Source: Gammaproteobacteria bacterium RIFCSPHIGHO2_02_FULL_42_13 (GTDB lineage: Bacteria; Pseudomonadota; Gammaproteobacteria; UBA12402). From it: a DNA stretch of 44,382 bases. This document shows, one piece after another, positions 24,170 to 34,410 of the stretch (the first letter of the stretch is position 1; each line of letters starts with the position of its first letter). The translations under genes were made by a program, and so were the position numbers. Under the pieces are notes generated by a model that saw only the letters and a list, made by a program, of their open reading frames with translations, searched no databases and was not told the origin of the DNA. The stretch lies in contig MGXQ01000064.1 in NCBI GenBank assembly GCA_001801405.1, forward strand, positions 3,066-47,447. Direction: 5' to 3'.

Positions 24170-25794
24170 ATTTTATTTAGAACCAACCGTGCTTCCAACA
24201 CGGGTCCGGCGGTTTGCAATGCGCGGCCGGTGGGTGTATTGGAAAAACGTTCGAAATTTCTAGCAAACCGCGCGGCTAAGTTCTCTAACGCAACATCGTA
24301 TGCATTTTTATCCGTCCATGCGCGCTTGGGATTCAAAATATGCGCATCCACGCCTTTTAGTTGTGTCGGGATTGTTAAATTAAAGATGGGGAATTTTTCA
24401 GTGTTTGCATCATCAATCGAACAATCTAAAATTACATCGATAATTGCGCGCGTCGCTTGAATTGAAATACGTTTACCCACGCCGTAACCACCACCAATCC
24501 AGCCCGTGTTCACTAAAAATGCGCGCGTTTTATGCTGCATCATTTTTTCGCTTAATAATTTAGCGTAACAAACCGGATCCAATAATAAAAACGGCGAACC
24601 AAAGCAGGCGGAAAACGTTGCAACCGGCTCGACTACCCCTAACTCTGTTCCCGCCACTTTTGCCGTATAGCCAGACAAAAATTGATACATCGCTTGTGCA
24701 GTATCTAAAATAGACACTGGCGGTAATACGCCATACGCATCACAAGTAAGAAAAATAATTCTGTTAGGATGCGTGCCACGCGAAACCGGCTTGACGATAT
24801 TATCAATATGATAAATTGGGTATGAAACCCTTGTATTTTCAGTCTTTTTGGCACTATCAAAGTCAACAACACCCTGTGCATCAACCACCACATTTTCTAA
24901 TAATGCATCGCGCTTAATTGCATTGTAAACATCGGGTTCTTTTTCTTTTGAAAGACGAATAGTTTTTGCATAGCATCCTCCTTCAAAATTAAACACCCCG
25001 TCATCATCCCAACCATGTTCATCATCGCCAATTAATTTTCGCTTTGGATCCGTCGATAACGTTGTTTTACCCGTACCGGATAATCCAAAAAATAATGCCG
25101 TATCACCTGATTCACCTTGATTAGCAGAGCAATGAAACGAGCCAATTCCTTTTAGCGGCAGAAAATAATTCATCATCGAAAAGATGCCTTTCTTCATTTC
25201 ACCGCCATACCATGTGCCGCCGATTAATGTCATGCGTTCCGTCATATGAAAAGCAACAAAATTTTCTGAACGCAAACCAAATTTTTTATAATCGAGACAA
25301 GTTGTTTTGCAAGCGTTTAAAATCGTCCAGTCGGGTTTAAAGTTCTCGAGTTCTTCTTCGCTCGGGCGAATAAACATATTTTTAAAAAAATGCGCCTGCC
25401 ACGCAACTTCTGTCACCAAACGCACACAAAGACGGGTATCGGGATTCGCGCCACAAAATCCATCGATGATATACAATGTTTTTTCGGATAATTGTTGTGT
25501 CGATATTTTTTTTAAATAATCCCATGTCGCTTGATCAATCGGCTGATTATCTGAGCCAGCGGCTTTCCACCAAACATGTTTTTCGGTTTGCGGATCTTTA
25601 ACAATATATTTATCTTTTGCTGAACGTCCGGTAAAACGCCCTGTTTCAACGGAAACCGCGCCATGCTGCTGGGTTAATACCCCTTTTTCATAGCCACAAA
25701 GAGATGGGTCGGTTTCATGTTTAAATAAAATTTCATAGGAGGGATTGTGATGGATTTGTTGAACATTGTTGATGCCAAGAGTTTTTAAATCCAT
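24166..25794 (-). CDS. pckA: phosphoenolpyruvate carboxykinase (ATP)
   Basis: 542 aa with [19 protein letters not shown] and NTGWIGG. Confidence 0.92.
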   Translation of the reverse strand: MDLKTLGINNVQQIHHNPSYEILFKHETDPSLCGYEKGVLTQQHGAVSVETGRFTGRSAKDKYIVKDPQTEKHVWWKAAGSDNQPIDQATWDYLKKISTQQLSEKTLYIIDGFCGANPDTRLCVRLVTEVAWQAHFFKNMFIRPSEEELENFKPDWTILNACKTTCLDYKKFGLRSENFVAFHMTERMTLIGGTWYGGEMKKGIFSMMNYFLPLKGIGSFHCSANQGESGDTALFFGLSGTGKTTLSTDPKRKLIGDDEHGWDDDGVFNFEGGCYAKTIRLSKEKEPDVYNAIKRDALLENVVVDAQGVVDFDSAKKTENTRVSYPIYHIDNIVKPVSRGTHPNRIIFLTCDAYGVLPPVSILDTAQAMYQFLSGYTAKVAGTELGVVEPVATFSACFGSPFLLLDPVCYAKLLSEKMMQHKTRAFLVNTGWIGGGYGVGKRISIQATRAIIDVILDCSIDDANTEKFPIFNLTIPTQLKGVDAHILNPKRAWTDKNAYDVALENLAARFARNFERFSNTPTGRALQTAGPVLEARLVLNKM

Positions 25795-25832
25795 CGGGAT
25801 GCTCCGTATTAATAACGCGAGGATGACAAGTA

Positions 25833-28211
25833 CTATTTTTTAGCTTTCTTCTTCGCTATCTTTTTCTTCGCCGTTGTCTTCTTCGCTGCCTTTTTCTCTG
25901 CAACTTCCTTCGGGGCTGATTTATCCGCTCTTTCTGGCGCTTGTACGACTTTCACATAATCGCAATTTTTCTGCGGACAGGCATGTTCTGTCCCGCGACG
26001 CTTTGTTATCTTAAGCATGAGCATTGGCCATTTACATTTTGGGCATACTTCATCAATCGGCTCATACCAAACCGCGTATTTACAATCCGGATAACGCGAA
26101 CAGGAATAAAAAATCTTTCCATAGCGTGATTTGCGTTTCAATATAGTTCCTTTGTGACATTCTGGACAACGCACGCCTGTATCCGCCGGTTTTTCGAGCG
26201 GTTCGATATGTTTACATTTAGGATAATTCGTGCACCCAATAAATTTACCGTATCGCCCACGACGAATTTGCAGATCTGAACTACAGTCCGGACATTTACG
26301 TCCTTCTACAATTTCAGGGGTATCCGGCTCGTTCTCTTCCGGATTTAAACTGCGCGTGTAATCACATTCGGGATATGTAGAACAACCAATAAATTTTCCA
26401 TTACGTCCGAGACGAATGACGAGCGGCGCACTGCATGTCGGACATTTTTCGTCAGTTTTTTCTTGCGTCACATCGCTACGTTTAACGTCTTTTTCAATTT
26501 TATCGATTTGTTTTTTGAACGGCACCCAGAATTTTTCCAATAATGGCACCCAAACGGTTTCGCCGCGTGAAACTGCATCCAACTGTCCTTCTAAATGTGC
26601 TGTAAAATCGTAATCCACATATTGCGTGAAATAAGTGGTTAAAAACTTAGTGACAATTCGACCGACATCCGTTGGGTGAAATCGCTTTTGCTCCAGAATG
26701 GCATATTTTCGATACTGTATGGTTGAAATAATTGCTGCATATGTTGAAGGGCGGCCAATATCATGTTCTTCCAACACTTTAACTAAACTGGCTTCTGAAT
26801 AACGTGGCGGCGGCTCTGTAAAATGCTGATCGCACAAAATATCTAACAAATCAACTACATCACCTTTTTTAAGTTCAGGCAATAAATTTTCTTCTTTGAT
26901 TTCTTCTAAATCCGTTCCTTCTTGATACACTTTAATAAACCCCGGATTGGCAATGGTCGATCCCGTCGCACGAAACATATTGTCGGAGCCGCATAACAAA
27001 TCAACGGAAACCGTAAAAATATCCGCATGAATCATCTGACAAGCAATCGTACGCTTCCAAATTAAAGCATATAATTTATATTGTTGCGCGCTTAAGTATG
27101 TCTTAATGGATTCGGGCGTGCGCATAGCTGACGTCGGACGAATCGCTTCATGTGCTTCTTGCGCATTTTTACTCTTTGTTTTAAATACTCTTGGCGCATC
27201 CGGTAAATCATCTTTGCCGTAATGCTTGGCGATAAACGCGCGAATTTCCTCCAACGCTTCATTGGCCAAACTGACTGAATCTGTACGCATATACGTAATC
27301 AAACCCGTGGTGCCCATGCCAATTTCAATACCTTCATATAATTGCTGCGCAATCATCATGGTTTGTTTGGCAGAAAAACCTAATTTATGCACTGCTTCTT
27401 GTTGTAACGTAGAGGTGATAAATGGCGGAGCGGGATGGCGCTTTCGCATTTTTTGCTCGACTTGCTCAACAACCAGTTTCCCTTTTGCAGCGCGTGTTAA
27501 TTTTGTTTTAATTTCTTTGGCTTGTTTTTCTTCCGTAACCGTGAATTGCTCAACTTTTTCATTTTCATATTTTGTGAGGCGAGCATTAAATCCTTGTTTC
27601 TTCGCTTTACAATCTGCAACAACCGTCCAATATTCTCGCGACTTAAATGCTTCGATCTCTTCCTCACGCTCAACGATCAATCGTAATGCGGGACTTTGTA
27701 CACGGCCTGCCGACAATCCTGTTCTCACTTTTTTCCACAACAGTGGGGACAACGTAAATCCAACCAAATAATCTAATGCGCGACGTGCTTGCTGTGCATT
27801 GACAAGATTCATATCGATTTGACGTGGATTTTCAATCGCATGTTGCACGGCCGTTTTTGTAATTTCATGAAAAACAACACGATGCACCATTTTGTTTTTT
27901 AATGCGCCTTTCTCTTGCAACATATCGTAAAGATGCCATGCAATCGCCTCTCCCTCGCGATCCGGATCGAGTGCAAGATACAATGTGTGTGCTTTTTTTA
28001 AGGCTTTACAGATATCATCCAGACGTTGTGCGTTTTTTTCAATGACCTGATAACGCATGGCAAAACCATTTTCGGTATCCCCCGAGCCACTCTTCGGCAA
28101 TAAATCCCGAACATGTCCATAAGATGCTAAAATAGAAAATTCTTTCCCCAAATATTTTTGAAGCGTCTTTGACTTCGCTGGTGATTCGACAATAACAAGA
28201 TTTTTAGTCAT
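25833..28211 (-). CDS. topA: DNA topoisomerase I
   Basis: 792 aa. Has the TOPRIM motif [11 protein letters not shown], active-site ITYMRTDS, several C-terminal CxxC zinc ribbons and a Lys-rich tail. Confidence 0.93.
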   Translation of the reverse strand: MTKNLVIVESPAKSKTLQKYLGKEFSILASYGHVRDLLPKSGSGDTENGFAMRYQVIEKNAQRLDDICKALKKAHTLYLALDPDREGEAIAWHLYDMLQEKGALKNKMVHRVVFHEITKTAVQHAIENPRQIDMNLVNAQQARRALDYLVGFTLSPLLWKKVRTGLSAGRVQSPALRLIVEREEEIEAFKSREYWTVVADCKAKKQGFNARLTKYENEKVEQFTVTEEKQAKEIKTKLTRAAKGKLVVEQVEQKMRKRHPAPPFITSTLQQEAVHKLGFSAKQTMMIAQQLYEGIEIGMGTTGLITYMRTDSVSLANEALEEIRAFIAKHYGKDDLPDAPRVFKTKSKNAQEAHEAIRPTSAMRTPESIKTYLSAQQYKLYALIWKRTIACQMIHADIFTVSVDLLCGSDNMFRATGSTIANPGFIKVYQEGTDLEEIKEENLLPELKKGDVVDLLDILCDQHFTEPPPRYSEASLVKVLEEHDIGRPSTYAAIISTIQYRKYAILEQKRFHPTDVGRIVTKFLTTYFTQYVDYDFTAHLEGQLDAVSRGETVWVPLLEKFWVPFKKQIDKIEKDVKRSDVTQEKTDEKCPTCSAPLVIRLGRNGKFIGCSTYPECDYTRSLNPEENEPDTPEIVEGRKCPDCSSDLQIRRGRYGKFIGCTNYPKCKHIEPLEKPADTGVRCPECHKGTILKRKSRYGKIFYSCSRYPDCKYAVWYEPIDEVCPKCKWPMLMLKITKRRGTEHACPQKNCDYVKVVQAPERADKSAPKEVAEKKAAKKTTAKKKIAKKKAKK

Positions 28212-28220
28212 AGTATTTTA

Positions 28221-28700
28221 TCAATGTTGTATTTCGCATGGCTCATTAAACACAAAGTCTTCGAGCCATCCTATTTGTTCACTACGCTCTGGTAAATTAT
28301 ATAATACCAATAAACTCACCCATTTAATTTCCGACACTTCAATCACGGGTTCCGCTAACGCCATGACGCGATCAATAATTAATTCTCGCGTACGCATATC
28401 TAAAATACCGGTTTGCTCAAGATACAAAATACAACCGCGCGCTTCAGGTGTGATTTTTGCAAGTTCTGGTGGCGAATAAATTCGAACATTCTGTGTGCTC
28501 GTCGATTTATTCTTGCCAAATTCAATCGCCGATTTTTTTAACACATCGAACCATTCGAATGCTTCATACACCCGATCATGTTGGAATCCTGCCGTAACCA
28601 TTTCTGTTTTAATGATTTGTTTGTTCGCTTGCAGCGGAATCTCTTCGCTGACATAGTTCTCAAACAAATACATGAGCACGTCTAATAAGTTTTCTTTCAT
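28221..28700 (-). CDS. smg: Smg protein (DUF494)
   Basis: 159 aa. LLDVLMYLFENY is collinear with E. coli Smg. Sits in the dprA-smg-topA synteny. Confidence 0.85.
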   Translation of the reverse strand: MKENLLDVLMYLFENYVSEEIPLQANKQIIKTEMVTAGFQHDRVYEAFEWFDVLKKSAIEFGKNKSTSTQNVRIYSPPELAKITPEARGCILYLEQTGILDMRTRELIIDRVMALAEPVIEVSEIKWVSLLVLYNLPERSEQIGWLEDFVFNEPCEIQH

Positions 28701-28709
28701 GGCTCTCTT

Positions 28710-29750
28710 TTATTTAATCCGACAATAGCCACCCGGCACCTCTTTTATATAACCACCAAGCTCTAACGATAGCAACAGTGATGATATTATTTCAATCAAA
28801 CAACCGCTTCGAATGATCAAAACATCGAGTGTTGTAAGCTCAAATCCGATGCAGGATAACAGCTTCTGGTGTTGATCGTCTAGTGGGTGATGTGGCTTTT
28901 TCGGCTTATCTGGCGATATTTTGGACAAATCGAGGTCAAATCCGCTCAATTCATTGATCACATCTTGAGCGGTTTCAACTAATTTAGCCCCATCACGGAT
29001 CAGACAATGACTGCCCTTGGACAACGGATTATGGATTGAACCAGGCACAGCAAAGACTTCACGACCTTGCTCGCCTGCCAATCGCGCAGTAATCAGTGAT
29101 CCGCTTCGCGCAGCAGCTTCCACTACCAAAACACCAAGACTCAGCCCACTGATTAAACGATTGCGTCGGGGAAAATTAAATTTTTGAGGACGCATCTCAA
29201 GTGGAAATTCAGAAATCACCGCTCCACATTCGGCAATACGAGCGCTCAGATTTATATGCTCTTTTGGATAAATATGACGCAAACCACCACCCAACACCGC
29301 AATAGTTTCTCCACCGCAAAGTGCTCCCTCGTGACTCGCCGCATCAATACCACGAGCCAAACCACTGGTTATAACCAATCCACATTGAGAAAAATATTGC
29401 GCAAATTGATAGGCCGTTTCACAGCCTGTCGAGGTCGGCGTACGACTACCGACGATGGCTAATTGCGGTTTTGCCAAACAATCAAGATTTCCCCATATAT
29501 ACAAAATATGTGGCGGATCCTGGATTTCTTTTAATAACCTCGGATAATGATCGTCTTCACAAGTCACAATGTGATGATTTTTTTCTTCTGCCCATTTTAA
29601 TTCTGCATCGATTAATGACCAATTTATATTGGAAAATTCTTTTAATTGCGAAAAATCATCGTCACCATATTTTAGAATCTGTTGGATATCACTCGATTTT
29701 AATCCGAGAATATGATTCAGCGCTAAATAATTTCGGAGATTGCTGTGCAT
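28710..29750 (-). CDS. dprA: DNA-processing protein A
   Basis: 346 aa with a Rossmann-like core (VGSRTPT, GLARGIDAASH, GSLITA). Confidence 0.85.
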   Translation of the reverse strand: MHSNLRNYLALNHILGLKSSDIQQILKYGDDDFSQLKEFSNINWSLIDAELKWAEEKNHHIVTCEDDHYPRLLKEIQDPPHILYIWGNLDCLAKPQLAIVGSRTPTSTGCETAYQFAQYFSQCGLVITSGLARGIDAASHEGALCGGETIAVLGGGLRHIYPKEHINLSARIAECGAVISEFPLEMRPQKFNFPRRNRLISGLSLGVLVVEAAARSGSLITARLAGEQGREVFAVPGSIHNPLSKGSHCLIRDGAKLVETAQDVINELSGFDLDLSKISPDKPKKPHHPLDDQHQKLLSCIGFELTTLDVLIIRSGCLIEIISSLLLSLELGGYIKEVPGGYCRIK

Positions 29751-29933
29751 GGCTGTTGTCCATTAAAAAACAAAAAGTTATCTACAATATGAACAATATC
29801 CAATCTGAATTAGCTGAAATGCATGTCAGCATTTTACTGATGAGCTTTGCTCAAGGGATAAGAATTTTCTAGACGATGAGATCACTTTGCCTTACAATGA
29901 AAAATCCGTTCTGATAACTAATGGAGATGGCAA

Positions 29934-30317
29934 ATGCGCATCAAATTCTTAGCACTCCTGGGCATGATGTTGTTCTCGTTTTCTGCTTCTGCCACAGACA
30001 TAACGATATATAACCAATTATCCACAAAGATCACAGCACATATATATTTGAATCCCGGAATCCTCGGTAGCTGCGGAACAACCTCTGATTTCACTGTGCC
30101 CGCACAAGCTAGCAAAAACAAAGCATACGGACTCTGCACGGTTGCCAGTGTCACCGCAACCGGCACCATACCGCCCGGCTGGTCAGATGCGGGTCAAACT
30201 AAATTGCTCTGCATCTGGAATGATAGCATCCTAAGCAATTTAGGTTATTTTCCACTCTATATTGATCCAAGCAAAGGATGTCGCTATGGTGACGCCTCAT
30301 ATGTAAGCTTTTTTTAA
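29934..30317 (+). CDS. small secreted Cys-containing hypothetical protein
   Basis: GGAG SD lies 7 nt upstream. Signal peptide MRIKFLALLGMMLFSFSASA. The mature part has four Cys and no recognisable domain. Confidence 0.5.
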   Translation: MRIKFLALLGMMLFSFSASATDITIYNQLSTKITAHIYLNPGILGSCGTTSDFTVPAQASKNKAYGLCTVASVTATGTIPPGWSDAGQTKLLCIWNDSILSNLGYFPLYIDPSKGCRYGDASYVSFF

Positions 30318-30366
30318 TTCAACAACTCGTTGCTCATACGATTTTTCTAAATAGCCCTAAATAGCC

Positions 30367-30395
30367 CTTGAAGTTTCAGCGTTTTGCCCCTATAT
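30367..30395 (+). promoter_or_regulatory. sigma32 (RpoH)-type heat-shock promoter of groESL
   Basis: CTTGAAG, a 13-nt spacer, then CCCCTATAT, compared with the consensus CTTGAAA-N13-15-CCCCATnT. Confidence 0.6.
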
Positions 30396-30421
30396 TAGCA
30401 CTCTCTTGAAGAGAGTGCTAA
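30395..30421 (+). promoter_or_regulatory. CIRCE operator (HrcA binding site)
   Basis: TTAGCACTC-N9-GAGTGCTAA is a perfect consensus match. It overlaps the -10 element and lies about 60 nt upstream of groES. Confidence 0.85.
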
Positions 30422-30479
30422 TCCCATGAATTATGCATTTTGATCACTTTTAACTCAAATAACTTAAGGAGAAATAGCT

Positions 30480-30767
30480 ATGTCGTCATTTCGCCCATTA
30501 CATGACCGAGTACTGGTCAAGCCAGTCAAAGAAGATGTGAGCAAAGGCGGTATTGTCATTCCAGACAATGCCAAAGAAAAACCCAGCCGAGGCATCGTTG
30601 AAGCGGTAGGCCCAGGCAAGCTTGATGACAACGGCCATCGTTCGCCGATGGATGTCAAAAAAGGGAACACGGTATTGTACGGAAAATATTCCGGTACCGA
30701 GGTCAAACTCGACGACAAAGAACTCGTCGTGTTACGCGAAGAAGATATTTTAGGCATCATTGAATAA
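30480..30767 (+). CDS. groES: co-chaperonin GroES
   Basis: 95 aa with [10 protein letters not shown]...GGIVIPD.... Confidence 0.95.
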   Translation: MSSFRPLHDRVLVKPVKEDVSKGGIVIPDNAKEKPSRGIVEAVGPGKLDDNGHRSPMDVKKGNTVLYGKYSGTEVKLDDKELVVLREEDILGIIE

Positions 30768-30800
30768 TTGAATAATTTAATAAAACAAGAGGATATGATT

Positions 30801-32465
30801 ATGGACGGTAAACAAATTGTTTTTGGACATGAAGCCCGCGATCATTTAGTCGCTGGCATCAATATTTTAGCAGACGCAGTCGGCGTAACGATGGGGCCAA
30901 AAGGCCGCGTGGTCATGTTGGGTCAATCTTTTGGCGCACCACGTGTCACCAAAGATGGCGTCTCTGTTGCAAAAGATATTAAATTAAAACACCCACTTCA
31001 AGACATGGGCGCACAAACCTTACGTGAAGTCGCCTCACAAACATCGGATGATGCGGGCGATGGCACAACCACGGCAACCGTTTTGGCTCGCGCAATCGTC
31101 ACTGAAGGAATGAAGGCGGTTGTGGCCGGGATGAATCCTATGGATTTAAAACGCGGCATCGACAAAGCTGTCAATGCGGCCATCGAACAATTACAAAAAC
31201 TTTCAAAACCTTGTACTGATCAAAAATCAATTGCACAAGTGGGTACGATTTCAGCCAATTCCGACACCGACATCGGTAACATCATTGCAGAAGCAATGGA
31301 AAAAGTTGGGAAAGAAGGCGTTATTACCGTTGAAGAAGGCTCAGGTTTAGAAAATATATTAGATGTGGTCGAAGGTATGCAATTCGATCGCGGCTATTTG
31401 TCACCGTACTTCATCAACAATCAACAAAACATGAGCGTCGAACTTGAAGCGCCTTATATTTTGTTAGTTGACAAAAAGATCGCAAACATTCGCGATATGT
31501 TACCTGTTTTAGAGTCTGTTGCAAAAGCGGGCAAGACATTACTGATTATCGCAGAAGATGTAGAAGGTGAAGCCTTGGCCACGTTGGTCATCAACAACAT
31601 GCGCGGCATCGTTAAAGTCTGCGCGGTTAAAGCACCCGGCTTTGGCGATCGACGTAAAGCGATGTTAGAAGACATTGCACTTTTAACCAATGGCCAAGTC
31701 ATTTCTGAAGAAGTCGGATTGACCCTAGAAAAAACAACGCTGAATGACCTCGGTCACGCCAAACGTGTTGTCATTACAAAAGACGACACCACCATCATTG
31801 ATGGCGCAGGCGGTGCTGATAAAATCAAAGCGCGTATTAAGCAAATCCGAGCCCAGATTGAGGACACTTCTTCTAGCTATGATAAAGAAAAATTGCAAGA
31901 ACGCTTGGCAAAATTAGCGGGCGGTGTTGCGGTTATCAAAGTCGGCGCGGCCACCGAAGTGGAAATGAAAGAAAAGAAAGCGCGCGTCGAAGATGCATTG
32001 CATGCAACGCGTGCAGCTGTTGAAGAAGGCATTGTCCCAGGCGGCGGTGTTGCACTCATTCGCGCATTGCAATCGTTAAAAGATTTAACCGGTGCAAACA
32101 GCGATCAAAACATGGGTATTGCCATTGTGCGTCGCGCAATGGAATCACCGTTACGTCAAATTACCAAAAATGCTGGTGAAGAAGATTCCGTCATTCTTTC
32201 AAAAGTAGTTGCTGGTAAAGACAATTTTGGTTTTGATGCGGCAACCAGTAAATACGGTAACATGATTGAGCTCGGCATTATCGATCCAACCAAAGTCACC
32301 CGAACTGCATTGCAAAATGCTGCTTCTGTGGCGGGTATGATTTTAATTACCGAATGTCTTATCGCCGATCTGCCTAAGAAAGAATGCGAACATGGCGATA
32401 CAGGCGGAATGCCTGGCGGCATGGGAGGTATGGGTGGCATGGGTGGCATGGGCGGCATGATGTAA
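30801..32465 (+). CDS. groEL: chaperonin GroEL
   Basis: Start set at MDGKQIVF, with AAGAGGA 7 nt upstream. Has [25 protein letters not shown] and a (GGM)n C-terminus. Confidence 0.95.
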   Translation: MDGKQIVFGHEARDHLVAGINILADAVGVTMGPKGRVVMLGQSFGAPRVTKDGVSVAKDIKLKHPLQDMGAQTLREVASQTSDDAGDGTTTATVLARAIVTEGMKAVVAGMNPMDLKRGIDKAVNAAIEQLQKLSKPCTDQKSIAQVGTISANSDTDIGNIIAEAMEKVGKEGVITVEEGSGLENILDVVEGMQFDRGYLSPYFINNQQNMSVELEAPYILLVDKKIANIRDMLPVLESVAKAGKTLLIIAEDVEGEALATLVINNMRGIVKVCAVKAPGFGDRRKAMLEDIALLTNGQVISEEVGLTLEKTTLNDLGHAKRVVITKDDTTIIDGAGGADKIKARIKQIRAQIEDTSSSYDKEKLQERLAKLAGGVAVIKVGAATEVEMKEKKARVEDALHATRAAVEEGIVPGGGVALIRALQSLKDLTGANSDQNMGIAIVRRAMESPLRQITKNAGEEDSVILSKVVAGKDNFGFDAATSKYGNMIELGIIDPTKVTRTALQNAASVAGMILITECLIADLPKKECEHGDTGGMPGGMGGMGGMGGMGGMM

Positions 32466-32493
32466 TCAGCCTATTGCTCTTGTTGAGTAAAAA

Positions 32494-32521
32494 CCGGCGC
32501 AGCAATGCGCCGGTTTTTTTA
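32494..32521 (+). terminator. rho-independent terminator of groESL
   Basis: CCGGCGCA-GCAA-TGCGCCGG hairpin followed by T7. Confidence 0.85.
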
Positions 32522-32587
32522 TGCGCTTGACTTCCCCGCTTCTCTGAACTAAGGTACTTACAGTCTAATTAATAAGAGGATATTCCT

Positions 32588-33424
32588 GTGAAACGAAATA
32601 TTATCATCTCGACTATCGTTGGCACTGTCGCCATCCTTGGCGCAAGTTTGTCTTTTGCAGAACCCATTCACGCCATTCCAACTACGGCGCCATTAATGAA
32701 AGAATTAACCCCAGCCACGACCAGCGCAAACAGTTTTAGTACAACACAACAAGCGGATATACAAAAAATCGTACATGATTATCTCATCAGCAATCCAGAA
32801 GTGTTGATGCAAGCATCACAAGTATTGCAACGAAAAATGCTAGAACAACAAAAAACAAAAACAATGAGTGCCATTCGTCAAATGGACTTATCTGATTTGT
32901 TAAATAATCCAAATTCACCGGTTGCCGGCAATAAAAACGGCGCAACCACGCTGATTGAATATTTTGATTATCAATGCCCGCATTGCCGCAACTTGGCTGC
33001 CACGCTTGACACAACAATGAAAGCAAATCCAGACTTGCGTGTTGTCTTTAAGGAATTTCCGATTTATGGCGCAATTTCTGAACTTGGCTCAAGGGCTGCA
33101 CTGGCCGCCAATAGGCAAGGAAAATATTATGCGTATCATCGAGCCTTGTACAACGCCAAAACTCAAATTAATGAACAACTGGTCTTGCAAATAGCCAATC
33201 AATTAAAATTGAATATGGCGCAATTCAAAAAAGATCTCAACGACAACGCGATTGCACAAGAAATTAAGCATAATCAGAAGACGGCAACGCAGCTTGGTTT
33301 CATGGGCACACCGGCTATTGTTATCATGCCAACAAAGGGTGATGCTCAATCGCCGATACAATTTTTCCCAGGTGACACATCACAAGCGAACTTGCAGAAA
33401 ATGATTGATGCGGTGAAATCATAA
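32588..33424 (+). CDS. periplasmic DsbA-family thiol:disulfide oxidoreductase (Com1/DsbA2-like, with an N-terminal dimerisation region)
   Basis: GTG start with AAGAGGA upstream. Has a signal peptide, IVHDYLISNPEVL, the CPHC active site, and GTPA near the cis-Pro loop. Confidence 0.75.
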   Translation: MKRNIIISTIVGTVAILGASLSFAEPIHAIPTTAPLMKELTPATTSANSFSTTQQADIQKIVHDYLISNPEVLMQASQVLQRKMLEQQKTKTMSAIRQMDLSDLLNNPNSPVAGNKNGATTLIEYFDYQCPHCRNLAATLDTTMKANPDLRVVFKEFPIYGAISELGSRAALAANRQGKYYAYHRALYNAKTQINEQLVLQIANQLKLNMAQFKKDLNDNAIAQEIKHNQKTATQLGFMGTPAIVIMPTKGDAQSPIQFFPGDTSQANLQKMIDAVKS

Positions 33425-34072
33425 CGCTGTATCCAAAATCTCCCAATGCTGCTTTTTAGCCAGTCGACGAAGCCGTCGATCCGGCGTAACCGCAATCGCC
33501 ACATGCACCGCTTCTAACAAAAAGCGGTCATTAAATGAATTGCCATAAGCAACACAATCAAATAACTCTACGTGATATTTATCACATAATTTTTTCGCCG
33601 CTGTTAATTTTTCTCGCTTAAATAAATGTTGATTAGGCGGCAATGCAGTAAAAAATCCATTTTTCGTATTGTATTCGGATGCGACCACTTCATGAATGCC
33701 TAAACGCGATGCAATTTCATTCGCGATAAAATTGGGCGCGCCTGTTAACAATATAACAATATCGCTTGCCTGGTGATGCGCTTCGATACGCTCTTTTATA
33801 AAAGGTCTTACGCGTTGCAACAAGTAATCTTTGACAAACTGTGCTCCCAAAACAAATATTTCATCTTCAGACAAACCTGTAAAATATGCTTTATCTTTGA
33901 TGAACACTTCGGTTTTAAATTTAAAAATCCATCGACATAAAAACCACAAGGAATAAAAGGTTTGTTTAATGCCGAACTTGCCTTTTTTGAATAAATACCA
34001 AGAAAACGCCGTGCCGGCGCTTTTGTTTTCAAGAATTGTGCCATCCAAATCAAATAAAATTAATCGCATCAC
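33419..34072 (-). CDS. HAD-IB family hydrolase (SerB-like)
   Basis: 217 aa with LFDLDGTI (DxDGT), LLTGAP and GNSFNDRFLLE motifs. Confidence 0.7.
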   Translation of the reverse strand: MMRLILFDLDGTILENKSAGTAFSWYLFKKGKFGIKQTFYSLWFLCRWIFKFKTEVFIKDKAYFTGLSEDEIFVLGAQFVKDYLLQRVRPFIKERIEAHHQASDIVILLTGAPNFIANEIASRLGIHEVVASEYNTKNGFFTALPPNQHLFKREKLTAAKKLCDKYHVELFDCVAYGNSFNDRFLLEAVHVAIAVTPDRRLRRLAKKQHWEILDTAL

Positions 34073-34104
34073 CTCATCATATCAAATTTTGTTCAAATAT
34101 CAAC

Positions 34105-34170
34105 CTGCGCAGCTCTGAGCTGCTACAAGATAGGCTGTGACTAGATTAGAGCAGCTCAGAGCTGCGCTGC
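34105..34170. repeat. REPIN-like doublet: GCAGCTCTGAGCTGC - 27 nt - GCAGCTCAGAGCTGC
   Basis: Cores lie at 34109-34123 and 34151-34165. About 3 mismatches in 57 nt versus 36039-36095, in the same orientation. Confidence 0.85.
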
Positions 34171-34217
34171 TTGCTATTTAGATAAGATGCGTTATCATTT
34201 CCGTACTCAAAAAAAAT

Positions 34218-34390
34218 GTAACTATTCAGCACAAACAAGGAACGTCCATATTTTGGTGCTTTTGGGTGAAAAATCTCTTCAAAATGCTCATGTACTATCG
34301 TGTACACTCCGCTTTCTCATCGATTTTTCACCCAAAATCATCCAAAATCTGAACGTTCTCCGTGTTTTAGGTTTTGCGGTGAATAGTTAC
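34218..34390 (+). mobile_element. 173-bp MITE, copy 2, flanked by the 8-bp TSD AAAAAAAT
   Basis: AAAAAAAT occurs at 34210-34217 and 34391-34398. The TIRs are GTAACTATTCAGCACAAA / TTTGCGGTGAATAGTTAC. Confidence 0.85.
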
Positions 34391-34410
34391 AAAAAAATAG
34401 GAAAATAAAA

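Noticed and set aside
27226-27771. A 181-aa ORF antisense to topA. The same applies to 29471..29872 antisense to dprA, 10226..10561 antisense to the ankyrin gene, and 8138..8443 antisense to radC.
   Set aside because: They are embedded opposite well-supported conserved genes and have no RBS or domain signal. These are typical shadow ORFs.
32156-32458. A 100-aa ORF beginning [15 protein letters not shown].
   Set aside because: It is the antisense reading of the GroEL C-terminal (GGM)n repeat and the groEL body.
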